Shown here piece after piece: positions 38,108-50,915 of a DNA stretch of 64,000 bases; positions within the stretch are counted from its first letter, which is position 1, and each line of letters starts with the position of its first letter. The position numbers and the translations under genes were made by a program. Below the pieces are notes generated by a model. That model worked only from the letters and a program-made list of their open reading frames with translations, was not told the origin of the DNA and ran no database searches. This DNA is from Octopus sinensis (taxonomy: Eukaryota): positions 93,930,001-93,994,000 of the forward strand of contig NC_043002.1 of NCBI RefSeq assembly GCF_006345805.1. The letters run 5' to 3'.

Positions 38108-38834
38108 ACCTTTCATTACTGTATTTATTTTGAGATGCTCTGTGTTTCTTTCAATTACTTTAAGTATAACAAAGGATTTAGTAAAACAACTTAGTAATCA
38201 TTCAGCTAGTGTTAGGAACATAAATTTTGACTAAGGTTTAGTGGAAGATTTTAATTCCAAACTTATGAAAACAAGTGACGTGCAACCAAAAGAATACCCT
38301 CCATCAGGCATTTGCCATATCCTGAACGCCTTACTTCACTGGGCATGGACACATTGAAACTCCGACATCTGGCAGCTGACTTGGCAGACACACATAAAAT
38401 TATCAATCATCGTACAAACAATAACTCTGAGCACCTTTTCAAACTCCACCCATTTAACACCCATGGACATATTTACAAAGTCAGAAAACAGCACAGCTCC
38501 CATGACTCCAGGAAACATTTTTTCACGCTGAGAGTTGCTGAAGCATGGAACAAACTGCCGGCATCAGTTGTTAGTTGTCGGAGCACTGCATCCTTGAAAA
38601 CTTCCATGCTTTCTGAGATTCGCCAACACTACACCTGATTTTCTCCCCTCCATACACACACAAGCATGTATCTGACTCATGCATTGTTCACTTTCCAGAC
38701 ATTTGTACATTACTGCATATACTCTGACAAGTTGTGGTGCACCTGAGCACTGTATACAATAATTTCATTATTATTATTTTATTATAAGACATTTGTACTC
38801 AGAGCGGGTTTCAGCCGGGTTGGTAACGTAAGGG
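38108..38834. mobile_element. piggyBac-type MITE split by a CR1 insertion
   Basis: Halves match 11763-11981 and rejoin at aaaacaag|acatttgtactcag; TTAA flanks. Confidence 0.8.
38276..38782 (+). mobile_element. CR1-clade LINE 3' fragment
   Basis: RATKRIP..YPERL..L..L..R..DL..KI..GH..K..RKHFFTLRVAEAWNKLP (ORF 38312-38638); (ATT)n tail. Confidence 0.85.
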
Positions 38835-39976
38835 TTAAGGAAAATGTAGAGTATAAATGCCGAGAAAGAAAAACATTGTGGGAACACCATTTTAAGTTGA
38901 ACTAGGTTGAATCTAGAGAGATAGAGAAAGTTATATAATGGAGGGCAATGACAATATTATTCAACTATCAACCAGTACACAATGAGTGTCTTATAGTGAA
39001 TGTATATGGCTGTACTTTATACACAGGTTGGGTAATTTAACCTACTTGTCTATTTTAGCTTAGATAAACAACAAATTCCAGGTCTCCTTTATAATGAAGT
39101 GCTTAACAAAAGGAAGAGCATTCTTTTGGTTTCTATGCTAATTTCATTCCATGATCTGTGGCCATGCTGGGGCATCAGCTCCAAGGGAGTTTTGTCAATT
39201 ATATCATCCTCACTACTTAATCTAGTATTTGTTTACTCTGACTCATGGCCCCTTTAAGAGAATTAGCTCTGATTAAGGAGTAAATACCACAAGGAATTTA
39301 CACCAGTGAATACTACTATACACAAAGGCAGCGAGCTGGCAGAAAAGTTAGCACGCCGGGTGAAATGCATAGCCGTATTTTGTCTGTCATTACGTTCCGA
39401 GTTCAAATTCCGCCGAGGTCGACTTTGCCTTTCATCCTTTCGGGGTCAATTAAATAAGTACCAGTTACGCACTGGGATCAATATAATCAAGTTAATTCGT
39501 TTGTCTGTCCTTATTTGTCCCTGCTGTGTTTGGCTCCTTGTGGGTAGTAAAGAAATATATACACAAAGGCACACATAGACACACACACACACATGCATGT
39601 GCACACGCACACATGCATGTGCACACATATACATGCATTTGCACGCACGCACACACACACACTCATAAACACTCTCTCTCACACACATGCACACATGTGC
39701 ACACGCACACTCACCTTGTTGACATCATCAGCAGCAGCAGCATCATTTTACATCTGTTTCCCACGCTGGAATGGGTTGGATGAGTTACTATTGCTGAAGC
39801 CAGCACATATTCAGGGGTACTACACACTACTCATTTACATGAACTGGCGGGGTTATAGATTTGTCTGGTTTATTTTTGGTTTGGTTTCTATGGTTATTTA
39901 TCTTTCCTGACACCACTAATTTTATAGGGTGTACTGGGTGCATTTTTCATGGTACTGATACTATACACATATAAAT

Positions 39977-41544
39977 ATCCGACTCGGGGCCGTGGCACGT
40001 AAAATACTCCAATGCGACCGTACGACAGGCACCCATGCCAACCCCCTTTGCTTGTGAAGACATGTTGGGGCAAGCGAAATCGAAATCGAATTGAACCAGC
40101 CAGGATCCCTGGTCTGGTGGTACGTAAAAAGCACTATCCGACTCGTGGCCGTGGCACGTAAAATACTCCAATGCGACCGTACGACAGGCACCCATGCCAA
40201 CCCCCTTTGCTTGTGAAGACATGTTGGGGCAAGCGGAAATCGAAATCGAATTGAACCAGCCAGGATCCCTGGTCTGTGGTACGTAAAAAGCACTATCCGA
40301 CTCGTGGCCGTGGCACGTAAAATACTCCAATGCGACCGTACGACAGGCACCCATGCCAACCCCCTTTGCTTGTGAAGACATGTTGGGGCAAGCGAAATCG
40401 AAATCGAATTGAACCAGCCAGGATCCCTGGTCTGGTGGTACGTAAAAAGCACTATCCGACTCGTGCCGTGGCACGTAAAATACTCCAATGCGACCGTACG
40501 ACAGGCACCCATGCCAACCCCCTTTGCTTGTGAAGACATGTTGGGGCAAGCGAAATCGAAATCGAATTGAACCACCGCAGCCAGGATCCCTGGTCTGGTG
40601 GTACGTAAAAAGCACTATCCGACTCGTGGCCGTGGCACGTAAAATACTCCAATGCGACCGTACGACAGGCACCCATGCCAACCCCCTTTGCTTGTGAAGA
40701 CATGTTGGGGCAAGCGAAATCGAAATCGAATTGAACCAGCCAGGATCCCTGGTCTGGTGGTACGTAAAAAGCACTATCCGACTCGTGGCCGTGGCACGTA
40801 AAACTCCAATGCGACCGTACGACAGGCACCCATGCCAACCCCCTTTGCTTGTGAAGACATGTTGGGGCAAGCGAAATCGAAATCGAATTGAACCAGCCAG
40901 GATCCCTGGTCTGGTGGTACGTAAAAAGCACTATCCGACTCGTGGCCGTGGCACGTAAAATACTCCAATGCGACCGTACGACAGGCCCCTTGCCAACCCC
41001 CTTTGCTTGTGAAGACATGTTGGGGCAAGCGAAATCGAAATCGAATTGAACCAGCCAGGATCCCTGGTCTGGTGGTACGTAAAAAGCACTATCCGACTCG
41101 TGGCCGTGGCACGTAAAACTCCAATGCGACCGTACGACAGGCACCTTGCCAACCCCCTTTGCTTGTGAAGACATGTTGGGGCAAGCGAAATCGAAATCGA
41201 ATTGAACCACCAGGATCCCTGGTCTGTGGTACGTAAAAAGCACTATCCGACTCGTGGCCGATGCCAGCACCGCCTCGACTGGCTTCCGTGCCGGTGGCAC
41301 ATAAAATACACCAATCTGACCGTGGCCGTTGCCAGCCCCGCCTGGCACCTGTGCAGTGGCACGTAAAAAGCACCCACTACACTCACGGAGTGGTTGGCGT
41401 TAGGAAGGGCATCCAGCTGTAGAAACATTGCCAAATTAGACTGGAGCCTGGTGCAGCCTTCTGGCTTCCCAGAACCCCGGTCGAACCGTCCAACCCATGC
41501 TAGCATGGAGAACGGACGTTAAACGACGATGATGATGATGATGA
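39977..41544 (+). mobile_element. RTE 3' UTR fragment with an expanded 159-bp tandem array
   Basis: Eight ~159-bp units starting 39977, 40136, 40295, 40454, 40617, 40776, 40933, 41091, then a terminus matching 11329-11629. Confidence 0.92.
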
Positions 41545-41547
41545 TAT

Positions 41548-41975
41548 ATCATCAGCATCATCATCCTTGTTTAACGTCTGCTTTCCATGCTAGCATGGGT
41601 TGGACAATTTGACTGAAGACTGGCGAACAAGATGGCTGTGCCAGGCTCCAATCTGATCTAGCAGAGTTTCTACAGCTTGATGCCCTTCCTAATGCCAACC
41701 ACTCCGAGAGTGTAATGGGTGGCTTTTAAAGTGCCACTGGCATGAGGGCCAGTCTGGCGGTACTGGCAATGGCCACGCTTGAAAATGATGTTTTTTATGT
41801 GTCACCTGCACAGGAGTCAGTCTAGCAACACTGGCAATGACCTCACTCGAATGTTTCGTTCATGTTCCACTGGCACAAATGCCAATGAGGTGACACTGAC
41901 AACGATCACGCTCAAATGGTGCTCTTTAAGTGCCAGACAGTTGTTCTGGCAGTGATCCCGCTTGGATGGAGCTGG
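41548..41975 (-). mobile_element. Older RTE 3'-end fragment, tail-to-tail with the preceding copy
   Basis: (ATC) tail, diverged terminal module and hairpin modules resembling 1623-2020. Confidence 0.82.
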
Positions 41976-42334
41976 GATCACTTGCTGTTATTAATAGTAT
42001 TAATTAGGTAAAAATAAGATGGCTAGCAAGTTCATACCATTACCAGCACAATATAAGGTAAATTTAAATTCAGTAGGTTATATAATACCACTTGCTAAAA
42101 TCCGACCTAATGCTCCAAAAACCAGCATGAGCTCACGATAAAGATACACGTGAGCAATGCAATGAAAATATGAGAAATAGGCTTACCTTTGTGTTGAATA
42201 CATCAGTAAGTAATGTATATTTTAATATCAATTGATTTCATGCTTTGCATGACAAACATACTCTGCAATCTTCAGTTGAAAATAACATTTTAACATCTAT
42301 TTCTAATTTTAGCAAGTGGTATTATATACCCTAC

Positions 42335-42962
<628 letters not shown>

Positions 42963-43173
42963 GCAATAAGAAAATGGAGGGGATCAATTGGTGGTTCATC
43001 AACTTTTAGACATTATATTTCGCTAACTTATTTATTTATTTACTAAACTGATAATTACAATAATATACATGCATATAACATATTTTGCTTTACATATAAG
43101 ATATAAAATATATTAATATATAAGGATACCAGTAATTATTATAAAATTACAAACATGAATATAAATTGGGAAA

Positions 43174-43270
43174 ATAACTTACAGCTGTTTCAGCCAAGAG
43201 GTAAAAATACCTCATTCTACCTTTATTACTCAAATGGAGTGAAGTATCTCTAGACTTCATCAGAGATTAT
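43174..43270 (-). ncRNA. Type I hammerhead ribozyme motif, Penelope type
   Basis: ataatct-CTGATGA-AGTCTAGAG..CTCTTGGCT-GAAACAGCTGTA-agttat; intact core, long stem II insert, palindromic stem III (ACAGCTGT). Confidence 0.72.
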
Positions 43271-43523
43271 AAAGTACATAATGTTACTGAATAAATAAAT
43301 ATAAATATAAAATAAATAAAAATACACACACATTTGAAAACTTATATCTATAGATATACATATACATACATATATAGATATAATTAAATACCTATATATA
43401 TACTGAATTATACATAAATATTTGCATTTATAAGCATATATAATAATCAGTTATTACTAATATTATTAATATTAGACACATTCTGTTATTCATAATAGAT
43501 ATAATATAGAATATAGAATATAA

Positions 43524-44003
43524 TATCATCATCATCATCATCATCATTTAGCATCCGTTTTCCATGCTAGCATGGGTTGGATGGTTCAACTGGGGTCTGT
43601 GAAGCCAGAAGGCTGCATCAGGCCCAGTCTGATCTGGCAGTGTTTCTATGGCTGGATGCCCTTCCTAACGCCAACCACTCTGTGAGTGTAGTGGGTGCTT
43701 TTTACGTGCCACCCGCACAGGTGCCAGACGGAGCTGGCAAACGGCCATGAACAGATGGTGCTACGTGCCACTGGCACGGGGGCCAGGCAAGGCTGGCAAT
43801 GGCCACGAACGGATGGTCCTTTTTACGTGCCACCGGCATGGAGGCCAGTCGGAGTGGCGCTGGTAACGGCCACGATCAGATGGTTTGCTTACTTGTCACC
43901 GGCACTGGTATCACAGCTGCAATTTCCATTGATGTTGATCGACTTCGATTTTGGTTCTGCTTTCTGATATCTGATTTGATTTGGTTTGATTTTGATTTTG
44001 ATT
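43524..44003 (-). mobile_element. RTE 3'-end fragment
   Basis: (ATC)n tail, terminal module, hairpin modules, (ATTTG)n-like stretch as in the 24.1-kb 3' UTR. Confidence 0.83.
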
Positions 44004-44158
44004 TAATATATAAACAGATACTTTTGAAAGTTATAAGGATAGTAATTTTACAATCAATATGTCGATATATCATAAAGTTATTACAGTTATGTCAAAAACG
44101 AATCAACAACAACAACATCGAAAAATACCTTGGGAATAAAAGTTCGAAATTTCCCCAA

Positions 44159-44204
44159 GACACCTGATGAAGGCTGGAGGGTATATCAGCTGAAACGTTG
44201 TGTT
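44159..44204 (+). ncRNA. Minimal type I hammerhead ribozyme motif, Penelope type
   Basis: gacac-CTGATGA-A-GGCTG-gagggtatat-CAGCT-GAAAC-GTT-gtgtt; stems I and II pair. Confidence 0.72.
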
Positions 44205-44732
44205 AATAACAAACAAGATTAGGACAAACATCCGTTGAATGTAAATAACGTAAATAATGCACATACTGATTGGTCAAAATAATGTTCATAAGATTCAGCT
44301 CGCAGGAGCCCATCTCACCACAGTTTTCATTTGTGGAACACAACTGTGTTTAATGTATGAAAATACCAGTTTGTTTCAATATTGTAAAGTGAAAATCATG
44401 AAAATCAGACTAAGTTGGAATATGGCCTTATCACATTCTGTGACACACTGAATCTCCCTGAGAACTATGTTAAGGATATATGTGTCCGTAGAGTGCTCAG
44501 CCACTTACATGCTAATTTCACAAGCAGGCTGTTCTGTTGATTGGATCAACTGGAAACCTCGTCATCACAATTGATTGAGTGCCAGTTATTAAACCAACTT
44601 TAAGAAAATGCTGATGCAAAGATATACATTATTATACAACTGTTTTAAAGCAATATGGGCAATTGAAGAGAGGAATTATATGTATTAGTAGGAAAAATAT
44701 AATCTTTGCAGTTGAAATGAGAAAACTAGTAC

Positions 44733-45145
44733 CATCATCATCATCATCATTTAATGTCCGCTTTCCATGCTAGCATGGGTTGGACGATTTGACTGAGGTC
44801 TGGCGAATCAGGCTCCAATCTGATCTGGCAGTGTTTCTACAGCTGGATGCCCTTCCTAATGCCAACCACTCCGAGAGTGTAGTGGGTGCTTTTATGTGCC
44901 ACCAGCACGAGGGCCAGTTTGGTGGTACTAACAACAGCCACACCCAAATGGTGCTTTTTACGTGCCACCTGCAAAGAAGCCAGTCCAGCAGCACTGGCGA
45001 CGACCTCGCTCGAATGTTTCATGTGCCACCAGCACAAGTGCTAGTAAGGCAACACAGTAACGATCACACTCCAATGGTGTGCTTAACGTGCCATCGGCAC
45101 AAAGGCCAGCTTGTTGCTCTGGCAACGATCTCACCCGTACTTATT
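44733..45145 (-). mobile_element. RTE 3'-end fragment
   Basis: (ATC)n tail, terminal module, diverged hairpin modules. Confidence 0.8.
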
Positions 45146-45549
45146 TAAAATTATATAGAATACTTGACTAGGATTAGCTAAGCCTCCTCCTTATTTAAGT
45201 GAAATATTTCTAAAACTACTTACAAAGAAAATATTTAAAGGTTTTTCTCTATGAATGCAAACATGTTATTGCTAATTCATTTCTGCAGTTTAATAAGTTA
45301 TATTTGGAAGTAAAGATATGGAATATTTCTTCAAGGCAGAAATCACATATAGAGCTTTACCCTATATTAGTGGTCAGCTTAAATAAGAGGATGGCTTACC
45401 TAAACCTGAGCTTGCTTCCCAACCACATGGTTCCGGGTTCAGTCCCACTGCATGACACCTTGGGCAAGTGTCTTCTACTATAGTCTTGGGCCAACCAAAG
45501 CCTTGTGAATGGATTTGGTAGACAGAAACTGAAAGAAGCCAGTCATATA

Positions 45550-45585
45550 TATCTATACCTATCTATCTATCTATCTATCAATCAA

Positions 45586-45680
<95 letters not shown>

Positions 45681-45705
45681 GTGTGTGTGTGTGTGTGTGT
45701 GTGTG
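45550..45705. repeat. (TATC)n plus (GT)n compound microsatellite inside a SINE
   Basis: Direct reading. Confidence 0.95.
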
Positions 45706-47014
45706 AAGGTGCATGGCTTAGTGGTTAGGGTGTTGCACTCATGGCTGTAAGATTGTGTGTTCAGTTCCCAGACTGGGCATTGCATTGTGTTCTTGAGCAA
45801 AACACTTCATTTCACATTGCTCCGTGATCATTTCGACATCTAACATGTTGCACCCAGTTGCACCTGTACAGGTATTGTCGATTTGATGGCAAACATTTGA
45901 TCACTATAAACAAATTGTCTGTGTGGTTGTTCGGTAAGAAATTGTTGAACCCTCATATGTTGTCTAACAACAGAAGAGTCTGTTATACATGTATATGTTT
46001 GTGGGTCTGTGCTTGTCTCCCTTCCATTGTTTGACAACTGATGTTGATGCGTTTACATCCCTGTAACTTAGCAGTTCAGTAAAAGACTGATAGAATAAGT
46101 ACTTGGTTTAAAAAGAGTAAGTCTGGGGTCGATTTGTTTGACTAAAGGCAATGTTCCAGCCTAGCTGCAGTCATATGACTGAAACAAATAAAAGACTAAA
46201 AGAACAATTTTTAAGTAAGGAGTACTAGTTTTCTGGAGGCGCAATGGCCCAGTGGTTAGGGCAGCAGACTCGTGGTCATAGGATCGCACTTTCGATATCC
46301 AGACCGGGCATTGTGAGTGTTTATTAAGCAAAAACAGCTAAAGCTCCATGAGGCTCCGGCAGGGGGTGGTGGTGAACCCTGCTGTACTCTTTCACCACAA
46401 CTTTCTCTCACACTTTTTTCCTGTTTCTGTTGTACCTGTATTTCAAAGGGCCAGCCTTGTCACACTCTGTGTCATGCTGAATGTCCCCGAGAACTACGTT
46501 AAGGGCACATGTGTCTGTGGAGTGCTCGGCCACTTGCACGTTAATAAATGAGCTGCGACGTCACTGGTGCCAAGCTGTATCGGCTTTTGCCTTTCCCTTG
46601 GATAACATCGGTGGCATGGAGAAGGGAGGCTGTTATGCATGGGCCACTGCTGGTCTTCCATAATCAATCTTGCCCAGACTTGTGCCACAGAGGGTAACTT
46701 TGTAGGTGCAATCCCATGGTCATCTATGACCGAAGCGGGTCACAACAGCACAACAACAACTAGTTTTCTCATTTCAACTACTGAGATGGTCTTATAACTA
46801 TATTTTTTCTATTAATACACATAGTTCTTTTAGGTTTTACTAGTCTCTTTTACTCTCTTTTATACTTGTTTCAGTTATTTGACTGCGGGACTTATTCTTT
46901 GTAAGCCCAGTACTTATTCTATCAGTCTCTTTTTGCCGAACCGCTAAGTAACGGGGACGTAAACACACCAGCATCAGTTGTCAAGCAATGCTAGAGGGAC
47001 AAACACAAACACAT

Positions 47015-47049
<35 letters not shown>

Positions 47050-47367
47050 CATATATATGACAGACTTCTTTCAGTTTCCGTCTACCAAATCCACTCACAA
47101 GGCATTGGTTGGCCCAGGGCTATAGCAGAAGACATTTGCCCAAAGTGCCACGCAGTGGGACTGAACCCGGAACCATGTGGTTGGTTAGCAAGCTACTTAC
47201 CACACAGCCACTCCTATTTAAATTATTTCAATTATTATCAATCTTATATTTTTACAGATATATCCTGTTACTTCCTAGAAACTACTTTAGTTTTTTTCTT
47301 TATTTTTCAAATCACACTAATGCCTTATTATTTGTCTGATTTCTGTCTTTTATCAACTCCACCTTAC

Positions 47368-47585
47368 CTTCGCCAGCCTCGTCTGGCACCTGTGTTGGTG
47401 GCACGTAAAAAGCACCCACTACACTCACGGAGTGGTTGGCGTTAGGAAGGGCATCCAGCTGTAGAAACACTGCCAGATCTGACTGGAGCCTGGTGCAGCC
47501 TTCGGGCTTCCCAGACCCCAGTTGAACCGTCCAACCCATGCTAGCATGGAAAGCGGACGTTAAACGATGATGATGATGATGATGA
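47368..47585 (+). mobile_element. RTE 3'-end fragment
   Basis: Terminal module and (GAT)n tail. Confidence 0.82.
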
Positions 47586-47960
47586 CCTTAGCAAAGGTGG
47601 AGGTTTTGTTTTCAGTAGCATTTGTTTCTTCCTTTCTTTCTTTGTCCATGGATAAAATATTAAACCAACTGCTGGATGGATTTGGATGAAACTTTCAGGG
47701 ATGTTTGGCCTCATGACTAGCATGAACTGATTCAGATTTTGGGATCGATCTGGTACCAGACAAGGATTCTGGATTATTTTTCTGTTTTCTTTTCTACTTA
47801 ATTTTTGAGAGCGGTCGAGTTCATTTTTAGTATTCTTGTATGTGAGAGCAGTCAAGTTTATTTCAGATATTCTCATTTTGAAAATCATCTCTGGCTAATC
47901 GTTGAGAGGACATTGGTGCTACCTTGGTAGGGGTTTGCACTCTCTGAGTGCCCTTGTTTT
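47586..47960 (+). mobile_element. Helentron-associated (HINE-like) non-autonomous element
   Basis: Starts accttagcaaaggtggaggttttgttttc, internal ggatggatttggatgaaacttt, ends ttggtaggggtttgcactctctgagtgcc-ttgtt (3' hairpin). Confidence 0.5.
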
Positions 47961-48249
47961 ATATTGTATTTAGCATTAATGTTCAATTTAGACCTAAATT
48001 TGGACCTTTTGGGATCAATAAAATAAATACCAGTTGAACACTGGGGTTGATGCAATCAACTTATTCCTTCCCCTGAAATTGCTGGCCTTGTGCCAAAATT
48101 TGAAATCAATATGAATTGATTAATGGCACAGAACCATCACATCTAAGGACCCTAAGACACTAATACAACAGAAGCATTTCTTGAGATCTTATATGTTGGA
48201 AATTTTAATTAAAGATTTATAGTTCTCAATTCTTTATCATGTCCTTCTT

Positions 48250-48268
48250 ACACACACACACACACATA

Positions 48269-48303
<35 letters not shown>

Positions 48304-48364
48304 TCTCTCTCTCTCTCTCTCTCACACACACTCTCTCTCTCTCTCTTTCTCTCTCTCTCACACA

Positions 48365-48411
<47 letters not shown>

Positions 48412-48412
48412 A
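48250..48412. repeat. (CA)n/(CT)n compound microsatellite
   Basis: Direct reading. Confidence 0.95.
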
Positions 48413-48647
48413 TGCACTTGAAATATATAAACTTTAGAAAAGTCTTACATATTTTTACTATTCCACTTACGAATTGTATTTGTAATGTGAGAGTTAGTGG
48501 GTTGATTTCTTTTACTGAAAACCCTAGCTTAACCATCCATTTATGCATGTATGTTTGTATCCATGTGTACATACATATATACATATATGTATGTAGTAAG
48601 TGGATTTGGAAGATCAAAACTGAAAGAAGCTTGTTGTGTATATGTAC

Positions 48648-48696
<49 letters not shown>

Positions 48697-49497
48697 CTTC
48701 GTGTCTCTGTGTTTCTGTTCATCTCCTATCACTGCTTGACAATCAGCGTTGGTGTGTTTACATCCCTGTAACTTGGCAGTTCAGCAAAAGAGATGGATGG
48801 AATAAGTATCAGTTTTAAAGGTGGCGAGCTTTAAAATCGGGATTGATTTTAAATAAGTACCAGTTACGCACTGGGATCAATATAATCAACTTAATCTGTT
48901 TGTCTGTCCATGTTTGTCCTCTCTGTGTTTAGCCCCTTGTGGGTAGTAACAAAATAAGTATCAGTGTTAAAAAAAAAAATCAATTGCTGGGGTTGATTCA
49001 TTCAACTAAAATAATTCTTCAAGGGCCCCAGCATGGCTGCAGTCTAATGATTGAAACAAGTAAAAGATATATACATACACATGCACTCACACACACACAC
49101 ATACACACACACACACATACACACACACACACATACACACACACACGCGTGCACACACACACACACACAGATATACTTATATTCCATACATACATATAAG
49201 CACATTGATGCTAGCATGGAAGGTGGACATATAATGTTGAGTAAGGTGACTTGTTGCATTTGATATCTTTTGATCTTCCTGATAAGAGTAAAGATTGTAC
49301 ATGCTATTAGGTCGTCAAGTATGAAATTTGTAGTAAGGTATATGGTAAACTTTGACAGCTGCTCATTTTGTACCATTATTTATATTTTGACAATCTTTAT
49401 TTTTTGTTAGAAAGCTGACACATCTATTTCTTTATTCTAACTCATTTTGTGATTTATAATGCATTTATAAATTGTTTTTTGCTATTTTTGTTTAGAC

Positions 49498-50495
49498 ATG
49501 GATAAGTCAGAAATTCATACAGTTTTGAAATTTGAGTTGTTTCTTTGAAATACAGTATCACAGACAGCTCAGAATATTAATGGAGTATTTCATTCTAATG
49601 TTATTACACAGCAGACAGCATCAAATTGGTTTGCAAAATTTCATTCTGGTAACTTTGACCTCACAAATGAGCAATGTAGGTGACCAGAAACAAAGGTGGA
49701 TAATGATAAACTGAAAGCTACAGTTGAGTCAGATCCATCTCAAAGTGCCTGTGAATTGTTGTTGTTTGGTGTTAGCAAGCAAACAATATTCACTCACCTA
49801 GTTCAAATCAGTAAAGTGAAAAAGTTGGATAAGTGGGTTCCACATGAACTCAAGGAAAATCAGAAACAGCAACGTTTGGAAGCCTGCATTATGCTACTTT
49901 CTCGTCACAAAATTGAATCATTTTTTAATCAAATGGTAACATGTGATAAGAAATAGATCCAATACATACAACAGTAAACATTCGGCACAATGGCTGGACA
50001 AAGACGAGCCACAAAAACACAGTCCAAAAAGCAAAATTCATCAAAAGAAGCTGATGGTGTGTTTGGTGGTCTGGTATAGGTGTGATCCATTATGAATTCA
50101 TTAAACCTGGCTCATCAATCACAGCCAAAGTATACTGCAGCCAACTGGACCAAATGATGCAGGAACTTACAAAAAAACAGCCAAGATTAGTCAACACATC
50201 CACACCTATTTTATTACAAGACAACACCAGACCACACATCGCAAAAATGACACAGGCGAAACTACAGGACTTGGAGTTGGAAGTTCTCTATCATCCACCA
50301 TACTCACCACTTCTTCCAGAATTTGGATAACTTTTTGATAGGAAAAAAAAACTTAATTCTGACGATGCTGTAAAACAGGCCTTCCAAGATTTTATAGACT
50401 CTAGATTGCCAGGCTTTTACAGTTCTGAGTTGGACAAGCTACTGCTGAAATGGCAAAAGTGTATTGACAATATGGGTGCATACTTTGATGAATAA
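49498..50495 (+). pseudogene. Mariner (Tc1/mariner) transposase pseudogene
   Basis: MDKSEIHTVLKFE..WFAKF..KKLDKWVPHEL..VTCD..LLQDNTRPH..HPPYSP..KWQKCIDNMGAYFDE*; several stops and frameshifts; probable 5' TIR tattaggtcgtcaagtatgaaat at 49305. Confidence 0.92.
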
Positions 50496-50520
50496 AACTA
50501 ATCCTTGTATTTATAAAACA

Positions 50521-50915
50521 CTAGCAGTATCGCCCGGCGTTGCTCAGGTTTGTAAGGGAAATAACTATATAAGCATTTTTAGAGAGTTGTAGCCAAAAAA
50601 TAGCAAAAAAATGCATTAAAAATGGAAAAAAATGATGGTAAATTTTTTTTAAATCGTTGACTCATCGTAGACATTTTTAGAGAGTTACTTCCCTTATATA
50701 ATAGCGAAAAAATGCATTAAAATGGAAAAAATGATGGTAATTTTTTTTTTAAATCGTAGACTCATCGTAGACGCGCGCTAATACCCAGAAGGGCTCGATA
50801 TGAATCACGACTATAAGATACCCGGTTTTGGTTAAACTGCACCGCAAAATGTGGGAGTAGTTAGGAATCTAAATCGTAGGAGACAGACACACAACTTCAC
50901 TTTTATATATAAAGA
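50521..50915 (-). mobile_element. Non-autonomous Helitron (same family)
   Basis: TC..hairpin..CTAG termini, A|T target, just downstream of the mariner ORF. Confidence 0.87.

Noticed and set aside
39947-41506. Long ORFs of 200-307 aa
   Set aside because: Open frames arise from the 159-bp (53-codon) unit read antisense to the LINE; broken by indels, no domain similarity
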